From: Candidatus Woesearchaeota archaeon
Lineage (GTDB): Archaea > Nanobdellota > Nanobdellia > Woesearchaeales > ARS49
DNA length: 64,000 nt
Assembly: GCA_016203305.1 (NCBI GenBank)
Contig: JACQMY010000036.1
Coordinates: 1,886 to 65,885 of the forward strand
Reading direction: 5' to 3'
Under the pieces are notes generated by a model. That model was not told the origin of the DNA, made no database searches, and worked only from the letters and a program-made list of their open reading frames with translations. Made by a program: the position numbers and the translations under genes. This document shows positions 9,571 to 18,748 of the stretch, piece by piece. The first letter of the stretch is position 1. Each line of letters begins with the position of its first letter.

Positions 9571-9660
9571 CATCGGAATTGTAATGTAATTCCGAGGTGA
9601 TCGGAAATTGAAAATTTCCGACATGTTGTTTGTAGTACTACGCACTACTGACTACAAACT
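9571..9660 (+). other. cluster of three hairpins
   Basis: cggaatt-gtaatgt-aattccg; cggaaatt-gaa-aatttccg; gtttgtagt-actacgcactactg-actacaaac (9-bp stem). Confidence 0.55.
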
Positions 9661-9734
9661 CGTTCTGTGGGATGAAGGCGGAAGAATGAGACCTACGCGC
9701 AGCATTTAAATAGTAATAATGCAGTTATTGGTTC

Positions 9735-11042
9735 ATGCAAAAGAGATTGCTGATATTACTCATCCTGGTTAGTTGCGCATATTCTGGCATTGACATTCCC
9801 ATCTCAGCCCAACAAGAAAGTTTACACACCACTCGACTCGACAATGGAATGGAAATAACCGTCAAAGAACTGCATTCACTTCCACTAGTAACAATACAAT
9901 TCTGGGTTCACGTCGGATCAAGGAACGAACCTGACGAATACCGCGGCATTGCACACATATTTGAGCACATGTGGTTCAAAGGCACACCAACACAGCCAAC
10001 TGGTAGTTTTGACAGAAAAGTCGAATCACTTGGAGGAGAGCTCAACGCGATGACATCAAACGATTGGACCACTTATTTCGTCACCCTTCCCTCAGACAAG
10101 TTTGATGAAATATTTCCATTAATGGTCGACCTGCTCTTAAACCCCCTTTTTGACAACACTGAAGTTGAAAAAGAAAAACAAGTCATCATAGAAGAGCAAC
10201 GATTCAGCTTTAATGAGCCAGAAAAATACACTGATGACCAGTTTGCGCAAATACTCATTGATGAGCACCCTTATAGGCACCCAGTCATAGGATACAAGAG
10301 CACCATATCCGCAACCACCAGAGAAGAAATCATCAAATTCTACCAAACATGGTATGTTCCAAACAACATGAACATCGTCATAGTAGGAGATGTCAAAAAA
10401 GAGCACGTAATCCCAAAAGTCAAGAGCGCATTCGAGAAACTGGCGCCAAAGGAATTGCCGCGCCTAGAGCTACCAATACAGAAACCAATAACCGTACCAC
10501 GATATAACAGCAGCTTCCGAACTCTTGGTTATACTTATGTTGAATTTGGATTCTTAGCACCAAGCTCGAAAGACAAAGACAGATACGCAATGGATGTTCT
10601 ACAAACAATCCTAGCAGTCGGAGATAGTTCACGACTCGAGCTCACCGTCAAAAAACAAAAAAACCTCATTGTAAGAGGCATAAGCTCGTTTGCCGCATTG
10701 AACGATTTTGGAGTACTCGCCATTCTGGCAGTTGTTGAGCCAGAAAAAGCAACTTCTGCAAAAGCAGAAGTACTATACCAGCTCAACCGTTTCAAAACAG
10801 AATACGTGACCGATGAAGAACTCGAACGAGCAAAAACAATCATCCTGGCAAATAAGTTAAAGTCCAGAGAAGAAATGTTCCAGGTCGCATTTGACATTGG
10901 ACAATCCTGGATTGATGGCGACGTTAACGAACATGAACAATTTGCAAACCGCATAAACTCGGTAACAAAAGAAGATATTAAGAAAGCGGCACAACAGTAC
11001 CTCGTCGCGTATACCATGTATGAATTGAAACCAACACCATGA
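9735..11042 (+). CDS. M16-family (insulinase-like) zinc peptidase, active subunit, secreted
   Basis: Inverted zinc motif 'HIFEHMWF' (HxxEH). Signal peptide. Overlaps the next gene by 4 nt. Confidence 0.8.
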   Translation: MQKRLLILLILVSCAYSGIDIPISAQQESLHTTRLDNGMEITVKELHSLPLVTIQFWVHVGSRNEPDEYRGIAHIFEHMWFKGTPTQPTGSFDRKVESLGGELNAMTSNDWTTYFVTLPSDKFDEIFPLMVDLLLNPLFDNTEVEKEKQVIIEEQRFSFNEPEKYTDDQFAQILIDEHPYRHPVIGYKSTISATTREEIIKFYQTWYVPNNMNIVIVGDVKKEHVIPKVKSAFEKLAPKELPRLELPIQKPITVPRYNSSFRTLGYTYVEFGFLAPSSKDKDRYAMDVLQTILAVGDSSRLELTVKKQKNLIVRGISSFAALNDFGVLAILAVVEPEKATSAKAEVLYQLNRFKTEYVTDEELERAKTIILANKLKSREEMFQVAFDIGQSWIDGDVNEHEQFANRINSVTKEDIKKAAQQYLVAYTMYELKPTP

Positions 11043-12349
11043 AAAAACTCGCGTTATTAATCATATTCCTTGCTGCCTGCAGTAGTGTAACGTTCGAAGA
11101 ACACAACGATGCAGGAAGCAAATATCTGTTAAACAACGGACTGGTCATTCTAATGAAAGAAAACCCTGACACTGGAATGGTCGCAATCGACTTCATGATC
11201 AAAAAAAGCATTGCGGCAGATAGAGAAAAACACGGACTTGGATACCTAACACACCGCTTATTGCTCGCAGGCACAACAACACGAAGCAGAGAGCAAATAC
11301 TCAACGATGTCGAAACAGTTGGAGGAAGTATCACAGCTAAAACATACGCTGAATACAGCGAAATTGTTGCAGAAGTTCCCAGTAACAAGTTCAGCATAGT
11401 ATTAGAAGTTTTACAGGACGTAATCCTCAATCCTGCATTCACACCTGAAGAAATAGAACGAGAAAAGATAGCAATCCTTGGCGAACTCAATGCAAAAAAA
11501 GACCAGCCTGGCCCGGTCACCGAAGACTTGTTTATGAAAACACTATATGAAAACCACCCATACCAACACCCAATTGAAGGGTATGAAGAAACAATAACTT
11601 CGCTCACCCGTGAAGACATAATAAACCATTATAATTCATGGTATGTTCCAAACGCAATAATAATATCAATAGTTGGAAACATCAAAGAAAAACCAACACT
11701 ACACGCAGTCCAACGCATCTTTGGAAAAATGAAGCCAAGCACTTTGCCACCTGAAGGGCTATTTGAACTTCCCCCACGCACTTCCTCCAAAAAAAGCACC
11801 CACAACATGCCAATAGAAAGTTTCTATATCCAATATGGACACCAACTAGTCCCGGCAACACACCCTGATTTCATAAAACTTCGCATGGCAAATGCAGTAC
11901 TAGGCTCAGGCGCTTCCAGCAGGCTATTCTACGAACTCCGCGAAAAAAGAGCACTCGCCTACCGCGTCTTCTCAATTGCACCAAGCGTAAGAACAATAGG
12001 CTTCCTAAAAGTAACCATGATTTCACGCCCCGCAGTACTAAACGAAAGCCTAGTAGGCATACAAGAACAACTAACTAGACTGCAAACAGAACCAGTAACA
12101 GAAGAAGAACTAAACATAGTCAAACAAAAAGTCAAAGGATTCTTCTTTTTAGACCACCAGAAAACAACAGACCAGGCAAACTATCTTGGCTTGTACGAAA
12201 TGCAAGGACTCGGATACCACTACGACAAAGAATACCCTGACAAGATTGGTGCGGTTAGTTCTGAAGAAGTCCAAACAGTCGCGAATCAATACTTTGTTAA
12301 TCCTGTGATTGCTGTTCTGGGACCGTTTGAAGGCGGCGGGATAGAATAG
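11039..12349 (+). CDS. M16-family peptidase-like protein, HxxEH-less partner subunit, lipoprotein
   Basis: Paralogous length and position. Lacks the HxxEH motif. 'LLIIFLAACSS' lipobox-like signal. Confidence 0.7.
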   Translation: MKKLALLIIFLAACSSVTFEEHNDAGSKYLLNNGLVILMKENPDTGMVAIDFMIKKSIAADREKHGLGYLTHRLLLAGTTTRSREQILNDVETVGGSITAKTYAEYSEIVAEVPSNKFSIVLEVLQDVILNPAFTPEEIEREKIAILGELNAKKDQPGPVTEDLFMKTLYENHPYQHPIEGYEETITSLTREDIINHYNSWYVPNAIIISIVGNIKEKPTLHAVQRIFGKMKPSTLPPEGLFELPPRTSSKKSTHNMPIESFYIQYGHQLVPATHPDFIKLRMANAVLGSGASSRLFYELREKRALAYRVFSIAPSVRTIGFLKVTMISRPAVLNESLVGIQEQLTRLQTEPVTEEELNIVKQKVKGFFFLDHQKTTDQANYLGLYEMQGLGYHYDKEYPDKIGAVSSEEVQTVANQYFVNPVIAVLGPFEGGGIE

Positions 12350-12467
12350 TTCTGATGCACCGTCCGCACGGGGCAAGAAAGGTGCAGTTCTTTATGTCAA
12401 AAACCGCAGGTCATCGCTCGCTCAAGACCAGTGGCTTGGATCATATCCAGTGGTTTTTGATCACACT

Positions 12468-12532
12468 CGGAAATCCACCCAATTGTGGTTTGCGAACGAG
12501 CAAACCACCAGTCTAAGACTGGTGGATTTCCG
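12468..12532. other. multi-hairpin structured element
   Basis: 12-bp perfect outer stem cggaaatccacc/ggtggatttccg enclosing tggtttgc-gaacga-gcaaacca and ccagtc-taa-gactgg. The alternative 9-bp pairing ccaccagtc/gactggtgg is mutually exclusive with it. Confidence 0.5.
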
Positions 12533-12556
12533 ATGTTTAAATGGTGATTTTGGTGG

Positions 12557-13192
12557 TTATCTGGTTAAAACTGCTTGTGCTTGCATATCCCAAAATAGCC
12601 AGAACCGTATTTCTTCTGCTTCAAGTGGAGCATTGCTGGCTGAAAACTTTTGCATTAGCTCCTTAAATTTTAATTGGGAGACGTTGTACGCATCCTCTGC
12701 GGTTTTTCCATTAAGAAGTGCAAGTGCGACTTGATTTGACGCTTCTTTAAACACATTGGCAAGTTCGTCATCTTTTGGTCTGCATTCTTTGTTCTTGTTT
12801 GTGAGAAATGAGAATGGTTCTGTGTAGCCTATATACGCTTTTGTTCCTTTTTTGATCGCGGAAGCTCCAAGTTTTGATGCAGAGTCGCAAGAAAGAGCAT
12901 AGACAACTTTGTCTTTTAGCACTTCTTCATTATCACCACATTTGACTAACGGTTCATCTTTGTGACCTTTAACTGTTTCAGCATCACCATGCCCATTGAG
13001 AAAAACGAATGAAGGATTTTGTTTTGTGAGGAACTTTTCAAATTCTGTTCGGTTTGCTTTATCCGCTGCCAAATCTTTCATTAAGATTCCTTTTTTCTTT
13101 GCTTCCGTAATAACCTCTTTGTTCCATTCAGATAGATATTTTGTTATCTTGTCGTGTTCCGGACGTGTGATTATTGCGTTTTGAGAAGTCAT
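12557..13192 (-). CDS. hypothetical protein; candidate clan-CD (caspase-like) His-Cys protease fold
   Basis: Hydrophobic strand + 'GHG' (H68) and hydrophobic strand + 'SCDS' (C102), spaced 34 residues apart as in caspase/gingipain pairs. Low-confidence inference. Confidence 0.4.
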   Translation of the reverse strand: MTSQNAIITRPEHDKITKYLSEWNKEVITEAKKKGILMKDLAADKANRTEFEKFLTKQNPSFVFLNGHGDAETVKGHKDEPLVKCGDNEEVLKDKVVYALSCDSASKLGASAIKKGTKAYIGYTEPFSFLTNKNKECRPKDDELANVFKEASNQVALALLNGKTAEDAYNVSQLKFKELMQKFSASNAPLEAEEIRFWLFWDMQAQAVLTR

Positions 13193-13194
13193 TT

Positions 13195-13398
13195 TTACAA
13201 TCCTTGTTTGAACGTCCTTAAGTATTTCATTTGTACTTCGATGAATTTCTTTCCAAAATCATCTCCTTTCTTAACGTGATTCATGAGTTCTTCTTTTCCT
13301 AAAGTGCCAAGATTTCCCAAGTTGATTTGAATGTACTCAGGCATGGTCTCCAAACGTGCAAGGATGAGTTTTTTGATGTCAGCTTCGTATTCGGTCAT
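13195..13398 (-). CDS. small hypothetical protein (67 aa)
   Basis: ORF track; overlaps the neighbouring ORFs by 4 nt, giving a three-gene operon. Confidence 0.4.
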   Translation of the reverse strand: MTEYEADIKKLILARLETMPEYIQINLGNLGTLGKEELMNHVKKGDDFGKKFIEVQMKYLRTFKQGL

Positions 13399-13586
13399 AT
13401 GAGCTCCATTTTTTCGAGTTTTTTTAATATGTCTTTGCCGAGAGGAGTGTCATTATGGATTTCGATGTATGCGCTGTCCCAAGTATACGGCTTGTCAATG
13501 TCGCCCACTTTGACAACTACAATAACTTCATTTCGTACATTTTCTGGAAGTTTGGCATAAACCTTTATAAAGCGGTCTTTTGACAT
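13395..13586 (-). CDS. small hypothetical protein (63 aa), first gene of the three-gene operon
   Basis: ORF track; TTTATAAA box about 25 nt upstream on its own strand. Confidence 0.4.
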   Translation of the reverse strand: MSKDRFIKVYAKLPENVRNEVIVVVKVGDIDKPYTWDSAYIEIHNDTPLGKDILKKLEKMELI

Positions 13587-13849
13587 CAGGTGTTGCCTTC
13601 CTTATGCGTGTTTATAAAGATGCCGTACGCTAAATATATACCTTTCTGTTGTCCAATTTGCATGCGTTCTCTGGTTGTGCTATATGCAGCAAAAAATGCG
13701 CATCAGTTATAAAAAATGTTGCGTGACTTGGACCAGAGTTGCTATGCGCCGTCCGGGCGGCTTATGTAAGGGACAAAAGAGGCGGTAGATTTATTTCAGA
13801 AACTATTATATGAGTTTGAATAGTGGTTTGAGTATTAATATTTTGTGCA

Positions 13850-15001
13850 CTATTTGAGTTTGATGAATCCATCTTTTTCTTCGTATTTCATGCCTGCATT
13901 TTTCATTTCCTTCTTTAAGAGCTTCAGATTTTGCGCCTGTACTGCTTTGCCTTTTTCTTCCCACATCGTGTGGTCTTTACCGAGTTTCTTGAGAACTTGC
14001 GCTTTCAAAGAGTAATAGTCAAAATGGGGAATGTTTCGTTTTTCTGCATATTTGATGCACTCATCAATGGTTTTGAGTGCGCTTTCGGGATTTCCTTCAT
14101 TCAGTTCAACTTGTGCTTTGTAAAGATGCGCGTGCGGATTCTCAGGGTTCTCCTGCAATAACCGGCGAATGAGCTGTTTCGCTTCCTCTGTTCTTTTCAG
14201 AACAAGAAGGCATTCTACTTTCATCCCTTTTACCATTTCTTTTATTTGTGGTTCGAGCGATTCCTCTTTGACGGCTCTGAGTAGGTAGAGTGCTTCTTCA
14301 AATCTCTCTTTGAGCATGAACTCATTGACTTTTTCCAATGTGTCATTTAATTGAGCCAAGGGATGGCAAGGAGGGATTTCTTCTATCCAGAATTTTTTCA
14401 TGAAATTGTCAGTCCGCTTTTTATCAATTCTTCTTGCGATGTCGATGAGCGATTGGTATTCCTTCCCCAACCAATAATGGAGTTGGGCTTTCATGATGAC
14501 CGGATCAAACCAATCAGGAGCCATTTTCAAGACCACGTCCACTTTTTTCAAAGCGGCATCATATTCTTCCTTGAGAATGTGCTGATGTACGATTGAGAGA
14601 AGGAACTCTGGATTTTCCGGATTGATATCCATTAATCTTGCGGAGTATTCTTGCGCCTCTTTGGACTGGCCAAGAGCAACATGCGCTTCAATGATGAGTG
14701 ATAACGCTTCTTCATCCTCAGGGATGATATTGAGGACTTTCTGCAATAACGGGATCGCTTTGGAGTACTTTCTTTTATCCATCAATGAGAGTGCATCTTC
14801 TATCAGATCGTCAGGTTCTGCGTAATCTTCCTCAAATTCAAACTCCCACGTTGTACTGTGTTTCTTATTATACCAACCATTGAATTCTTCTAATTGTTTT
14901 CTCTCTTCGGCATCATTTTGGGGCAGGGGTTTGTCTCTGAAGTACTCTTTCCATGCTTGTCTGAGCTGCCTTTGTTCCGCATTAAAATCTGATTTGGTCA
15001 T
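13850..15001 (-). CDS. TPR-repeat protein
   Basis: Multiple 34-aa helical repeats with the W-LG-Y/A-F-A-P tetratricopeptide pattern. Confidence 0.65.
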   Translation of the reverse strand: MTKSDFNAEQRQLRQAWKEYFRDKPLPQNDAEERKQLEEFNGWYNKKHSTTWEFEFEEDYAEPDDLIEDALSLMDKRKYSKAIPLLQKVLNIIPEDEEALSLIIEAHVALGQSKEAQEYSARLMDINPENPEFLLSIVHQHILKEEYDAALKKVDVVLKMAPDWFDPVIMKAQLHYWLGKEYQSLIDIARRIDKKRTDNFMKKFWIEEIPPCHPLAQLNDTLEKVNEFMLKERFEEALYLLRAVKEESLEPQIKEMVKGMKVECLLVLKRTEEAKQLIRRLLQENPENPHAHLYKAQVELNEGNPESALKTIDECIKYAEKRNIPHFDYYSLKAQVLKKLGKDHTMWEEKGKAVQAQNLKLLKKEMKNAGMKYEEKDGFIKLK

Positions 15002-15003
15002 TT

Positions 15004-15507
15004 TTATTCCTGTAGAACAGTTTTCGTTTTCTCAATAAAAGCCTTTGTTTGTTCGTATAATGCCCTAATTTTCCCTGCTTCAAAGCGAGTTTCTGTCCCG
15101 TACTGGAAGCGTTCCCGTAATTCAACAATATCGGCTGTTTCAAGCTTGTCTCGTTGGTCTGTTGCGAATATGCTATGCAGTTCTTCTTTGGTTAGACCAA
15201 TTTTACCTTGTTCAATGAGAACTTCTATTGTGGCGAACGTGCATTCTTGGTTCCTGCTCTCATAGCCAAATTTGCAGAGAATTGCGAGTAAACAATGATA
15301 CTGAGCGTAGAATGAAGCGTGAACGGCCCAATCAGTATATCCGCCTTTGATCAGGTGTTGCATTGCGGCAAGATTATGCTCTGCTTTCTTGACGTGGTCA
15401 CTCGCAGTATCTGTGTCTGGCTTTACTTCTCGAAGTCCGCGATGCTTTCTACCTTCTTTCTCAGCTTTCTTCAAGCACCAGTTGAGCTTGTTTTCCGCGT
15501 GCGTCAT
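15004..15507 (-). CDS. HEPN-domain protein (toxin-like)
   Basis: 'HASFYAQYHCLLAIL' resembles the HEPN conserved helix. Overlaps the upstream MNT gene by 4 nt. Confidence 0.65.
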   Translation of the reverse strand: MTHAENKLNWCLKKAEKEGRKHRGLREVKPDTDTASDHVKKAEHNLAAMQHLIKGGYTDWAVHASFYAQYHCLLAILCKFGYESRNQECTFATIEVLIEQGKIGLTKEELHSIFATDQRDKLETADIVELRERFQYGTETRFEAGKIRALYEQTKAFIEKTKTVLQE

Positions 15508-16091
15508 GCTGCCTCTTTCACCGCATTGATGATAATGTCATGTCCCCAGAGGACTTTGCCTGTTTTAAGGATTTCTAAAATGACTTTGTCAGGCTTCTTA
15601 AAGTTTTTGACGAGGTCATCGAACGTTTGCACGACGTCTTGAATCGGCTTGGTCTTTAATGCCCGCAATTCGTCAAGCGCTTTTTTATATGCCTCGTACT
15701 TTTTGTCTTCCAAGATGAACAAGACATCAATATCTCCTGCTTTCTCGCCTTTTTCAAGAACCGACCCAAAGAGCGCTGCTGCCTTTGCAAATGGGCGCAA
15801 TCTTTCCAAGTCTTTTGCTTGGGCTTTGGCATAGGGAAGCGCGATCTCTTCAACGAGCGCGAGGTTTGCAGCTATTCTTGCAACCTCTGAGTCGAAATTG
15901 AGCTGAAAGAAGACTGCATTTCCCAGTTTTTCGAATTTCAAAATGCCTTGTTTTTCCAATCGATTCAGAAGCTTATGCATCCCTTTTGGAGTGATTCCTA
16001 CCTTCTTTGCAAGCTGGTTTATGCTGTACTTTTCGTGAAAATGCCTCACAAGGAAGTTCAGCGTTTTCAATTCGTTTTGCGTCAAAGACAT
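15504..16091 (-). CDS. minimal nucleotidyltransferase (MNT) with an N-terminal wHTH
   Basis: 'LFGSVLEKGEKAGDIDVLFIL' (GS...DxD) nucleotidyltransferase motif. N-terminal HTH 'INQLAKKVGITPKGMHKLLNRLEKQG'. Confidence 0.7.
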   Translation of the reverse strand: MSLTQNELKTLNFLVRHFHEKYSINQLAKKVGITPKGMHKLLNRLEKQGILKFEKLGNAVFFQLNFDSEVARIAANLALVEEIALPYAKAQAKDLERLRPFAKAAALFGSVLEKGEKAGDIDVLFILEDKKYEAYKKALDELRALKTKPIQDVVQTFDDLVKNFKKPDKVILEILKTGKVLWGHDIIINAVKEAA

Positions 16092-16343
16092 ATGAACCCA
16101 AGGTATATGATTGAATACTTGAAGTATATAAAGCTTTCTAGGGGCAAATCATGTACCTTAAGTACATAAATATGTACTGGGCGTGAATAGCCTTCGTTCA
16201 CCCGAGCGAACAACTGTTCACCAAAGGACACTACAGACGGGACCAATCGATACTATTCGTAGCATAACGCAGCGCATAAGAACTCCCAGTTCCCATATGA
16301 GAACCAAAGGTTCCTGCCAAGCTCGCAAAGTGCGAGCAAGATT

Positions 16344-17201
16344 TTACTGAAAGATATACTTGTGTTTTCCTTCCAAGGAGAGTTTGAAGTTATACTTGTT
16401 CAACATCAAAATTAAATCGACTTCTTCAGAAAAAATATCGCGATTCTCTCTTTGCAGGAGATCGGCAAGAAAGCAGAACGTGAGATATGCGATAAAACGA
16501 TCTAACAATCGCGCATGCACCCTTGCTTTTTCCACACTCTCTATCGGCCGTCTGTAATAAAGTGTTCGCATCTTCTCAACAGATCTTTTGTCCTTCAAGT
16601 CAATCTTGATTAGGTGTTCAATTATGTCAAGATCTTCAGCTGCTCTCCGTCGATTTATGACCGAATGGAATGCCGTTCGGGATTGTTCGATAAGATGATA
16701 GATAAAACTGTACTGGTAGTAATTTGGAATTAATTCTTCGGATATTTGCAAGCTTTTGCTCAGAATCTTAGGCAGGTAATTGTGCAAAAGAACGCTAAAT
16801 GTTCTTGTTCTCATAAAATCTGTCAGCCGTCCATGTTTAAACGCTAAATTTGACAAACGAATGAATCCCGGCTCGTCATCTTTCAACTTCCAGGTATATG
16901 TATCAAGAAAGCCCTTCACAGTGAACACATCTTGGCGTTCTAAATAACCCAAATCAGCAAGCGCTTGTAAATGCTCACGAACCTCCTTTGTAGAACGAAT
17001 GTGAAACGCATCACGAACGTGAAAGTGAACATCCGCTGTTGGAACGTGCTTGAATGGATGCTCTCTAGCAAGATAAATCAAAATGTTCAACTTGGTTTCC
17101 CAAGGACCATAACCTTTGCCCCGCTCAAGCTTCTCAAACAACGGCTTTTTTGGCCTCTTCTTGCCGATTACTCTCTTACCTGCCCATTTGTGCTGTCGCA
17201 A
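16344..17201 (-). CDS. hypothetical protein with a probable wHTH
   Basis: ORF track; 'LQALADLGYLER' wHTH-like segment. Stem-loop gctcgca-aag-tgcgagc lies just downstream (16318-16334). Confidence 0.4.
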   Translation of the reverse strand: MRQHKWAGKRVIGKKRPKKPLFEKLERGKGYGPWETKLNILIYLAREHPFKHVPTADVHFHVRDAFHIRSTKEVREHLQALADLGYLERQDVFTVKGFLDTYTWKLKDDEPGFIRLSNLAFKHGRLTDFMRTRTFSVLLHNYLPKILSKSLQISEELIPNYYQYSFIYHLIEQSRTAFHSVINRRRAAEDLDIIEHLIKIDLKDKRSVEKMRTLYYRRPIESVEKARVHARLLDRFIAYLTFCFLADLLQRENRDIFSEEVDLILMLNKYNFKLSLEGKHKYIFQ

Positions 17202-17470
17202 ATTCCCGCCCCTTCCTAGTTCAAGAAAGACTGGTTCTTTTAAGCTTTCCCTTCATAAACACGAGGGGTTTCTCCACAAAACAAACCCCTTGTTCATTCT
17301 GTGAGAAAATAACAAAATACTCCGGACGCCACATAAGTATTATTGGATAAGGAATTAGAAAAACACCTGCCCGAATGGTACATTCTCCTACGCAGAGCTA
17401 TCTACGAACAACCCCAAAGCGAACAGGCACGTCCAGAAGCAGCAGCAGACAATCTTGACCAAACAAAACA

Positions 17471-17848
17471 GTGCGAGGTGGAAACATGACAAGCGGAAAA
17501 ACCATATGGGATTATGTGCCAGGAGAAATGGCAAAAAGGTTTGAGGCAGTTGCTAAGAAGGTGAGCTACAAAAAAAGCACTGATCTGGACGACAAGCCGG
17601 TTTTTCTCGCCAGCGTCGATTTGGAAAAAATCGACATGGACGACTTTGCGTATTATTGGGCGTTCACCCTGGGCAAAGACTTCGAGAACCCGCCACATAT
17701 GAACTTCTGGAGACACCAACTCACGCCAGAAGAGCTCAGAGCGTGGGATAAAGCATGGGAAAAAGCGGTTCTGCAAAGAAAACAGGAAATTGAGCGTATT
17801 CAGCATCTTTTGATGGAGTTCAACAAGAAGGCAACAGCTAAACAATGA
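17471..17848 (+). CDS. hypothetical protein
   Basis: ORF track; 4-nt overlap with the next gene. Confidence 0.4.
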   Translation: MRGGNMTSGKTIWDYVPGEMAKRFEAVAKKVSYKKSTDLDDKPVFLASVDLEKIDMDDFAYYWAFTLGKDFENPPHMNFWRHQLTPEELRAWDKAWEKAVLQRKQEIERIQHLLMEFNKKATAKQ

Positions 17849-18618
17849 CTGAACTTGCGCCTCCAGTCAAGGGCGAGGATCACAAGGAGTATTATCGGAA
17901 GCTTAAAGCGTGGCAGTTGCAAGACCGCGAAAGACGCTTCTACTTGCAATACTCCTTGCAAAACCCCCTAAGCTCAAAACGCCCTGAAGTAGCGAACGCA
18001 AAGGAGCGAGAGATTTGGCGAACTATGTTTTTCCAAAGATTCGGGAAAAACCGGCTGATGGAGCTCATCCAAGAATACGTTATTCCTTGCAGTGAGGTAG
18101 AACCAGAATTGCAGCACGTTCTCACCGATGACCTGCTCATCAGCTGCATCGGAAAATGGCTCAGAAGATACAACAAAGTACGCGCAACAGAACTCGGCGG
18201 CAACCAATTCAAGTATTATTTGGTTAAAGAGAATTGGAAACGAGAAAGCGCAAACCATTTGATATGGAAATTCGAACTTAAAAGACTTTTTAACTGCCAA
18301 ATCGAGCAACACGATAACGATACTCAAGGACGTTTCGACGCGGTTTTGAAGAAAAACGGCAAAACGATCATCATTGAGATTGTGTGCAAACGACAAAGCG
18401 TCAATCAGGCCTTGATCGATAAACTGCTCATCAAAGCGCCAGAAATAGAACGCAAAGGATATTTCGTTGTGCTCGCCCCGCAAAGAATCCACAAATACCT
18501 CAAAGGCGTTGAAGACGGACTACCTGGAACCATACACCTAACTGACTCAAAAAATATTTTATCACTACTCGATACCTTAGTTAACGGCCGGGAAGTTCAG
18601 AACGCCGAATCGGCGTGA
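17845..18618 (+). CDS. hypothetical protein with a candidate PD-(D/E)xK nuclease motif
   Basis: 'GRFDAVL...KTIIIEIVCK' gives a D ... E-x-K arrangement on beta strands. Confidence 0.4.
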   Translation: MTELAPPVKGEDHKEYYRKLKAWQLQDRERRFYLQYSLQNPLSSKRPEVANAKEREIWRTMFFQRFGKNRLMELIQEYVIPCSEVEPELQHVLTDDLLISCIGKWLRRYNKVRATELGGNQFKYYLVKENWKRESANHLIWKFELKRLFNCQIEQHDNDTQGRFDAVLKKNGKTIIIEIVCKRQSVNQALIDKLLIKAPEIERKGYFVVLAPQRIHKYLKGVEDGLPGTIHLTDSKNILSLLDTLVNGREVQNAESA

Positions 18619-18748
18619 CACCTGTTGAAACTCACTATTGCTTGGACGCTTGGAAAGAACAGCTAACCAAACCAGCCCACAAGGCGAATATTTTCTACAT
18701 ATCAACGTCGAATGCTAATCAAAACCAAGAAGTCAGGGGTCGTCGTTG

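Noticed and set aside
12450-12734. 94-aa plus-strand ORF across the structured intergenic region.
   Set aside because: Runs through the hairpin cluster and antisense into the 211-aa gene. No coding signal.
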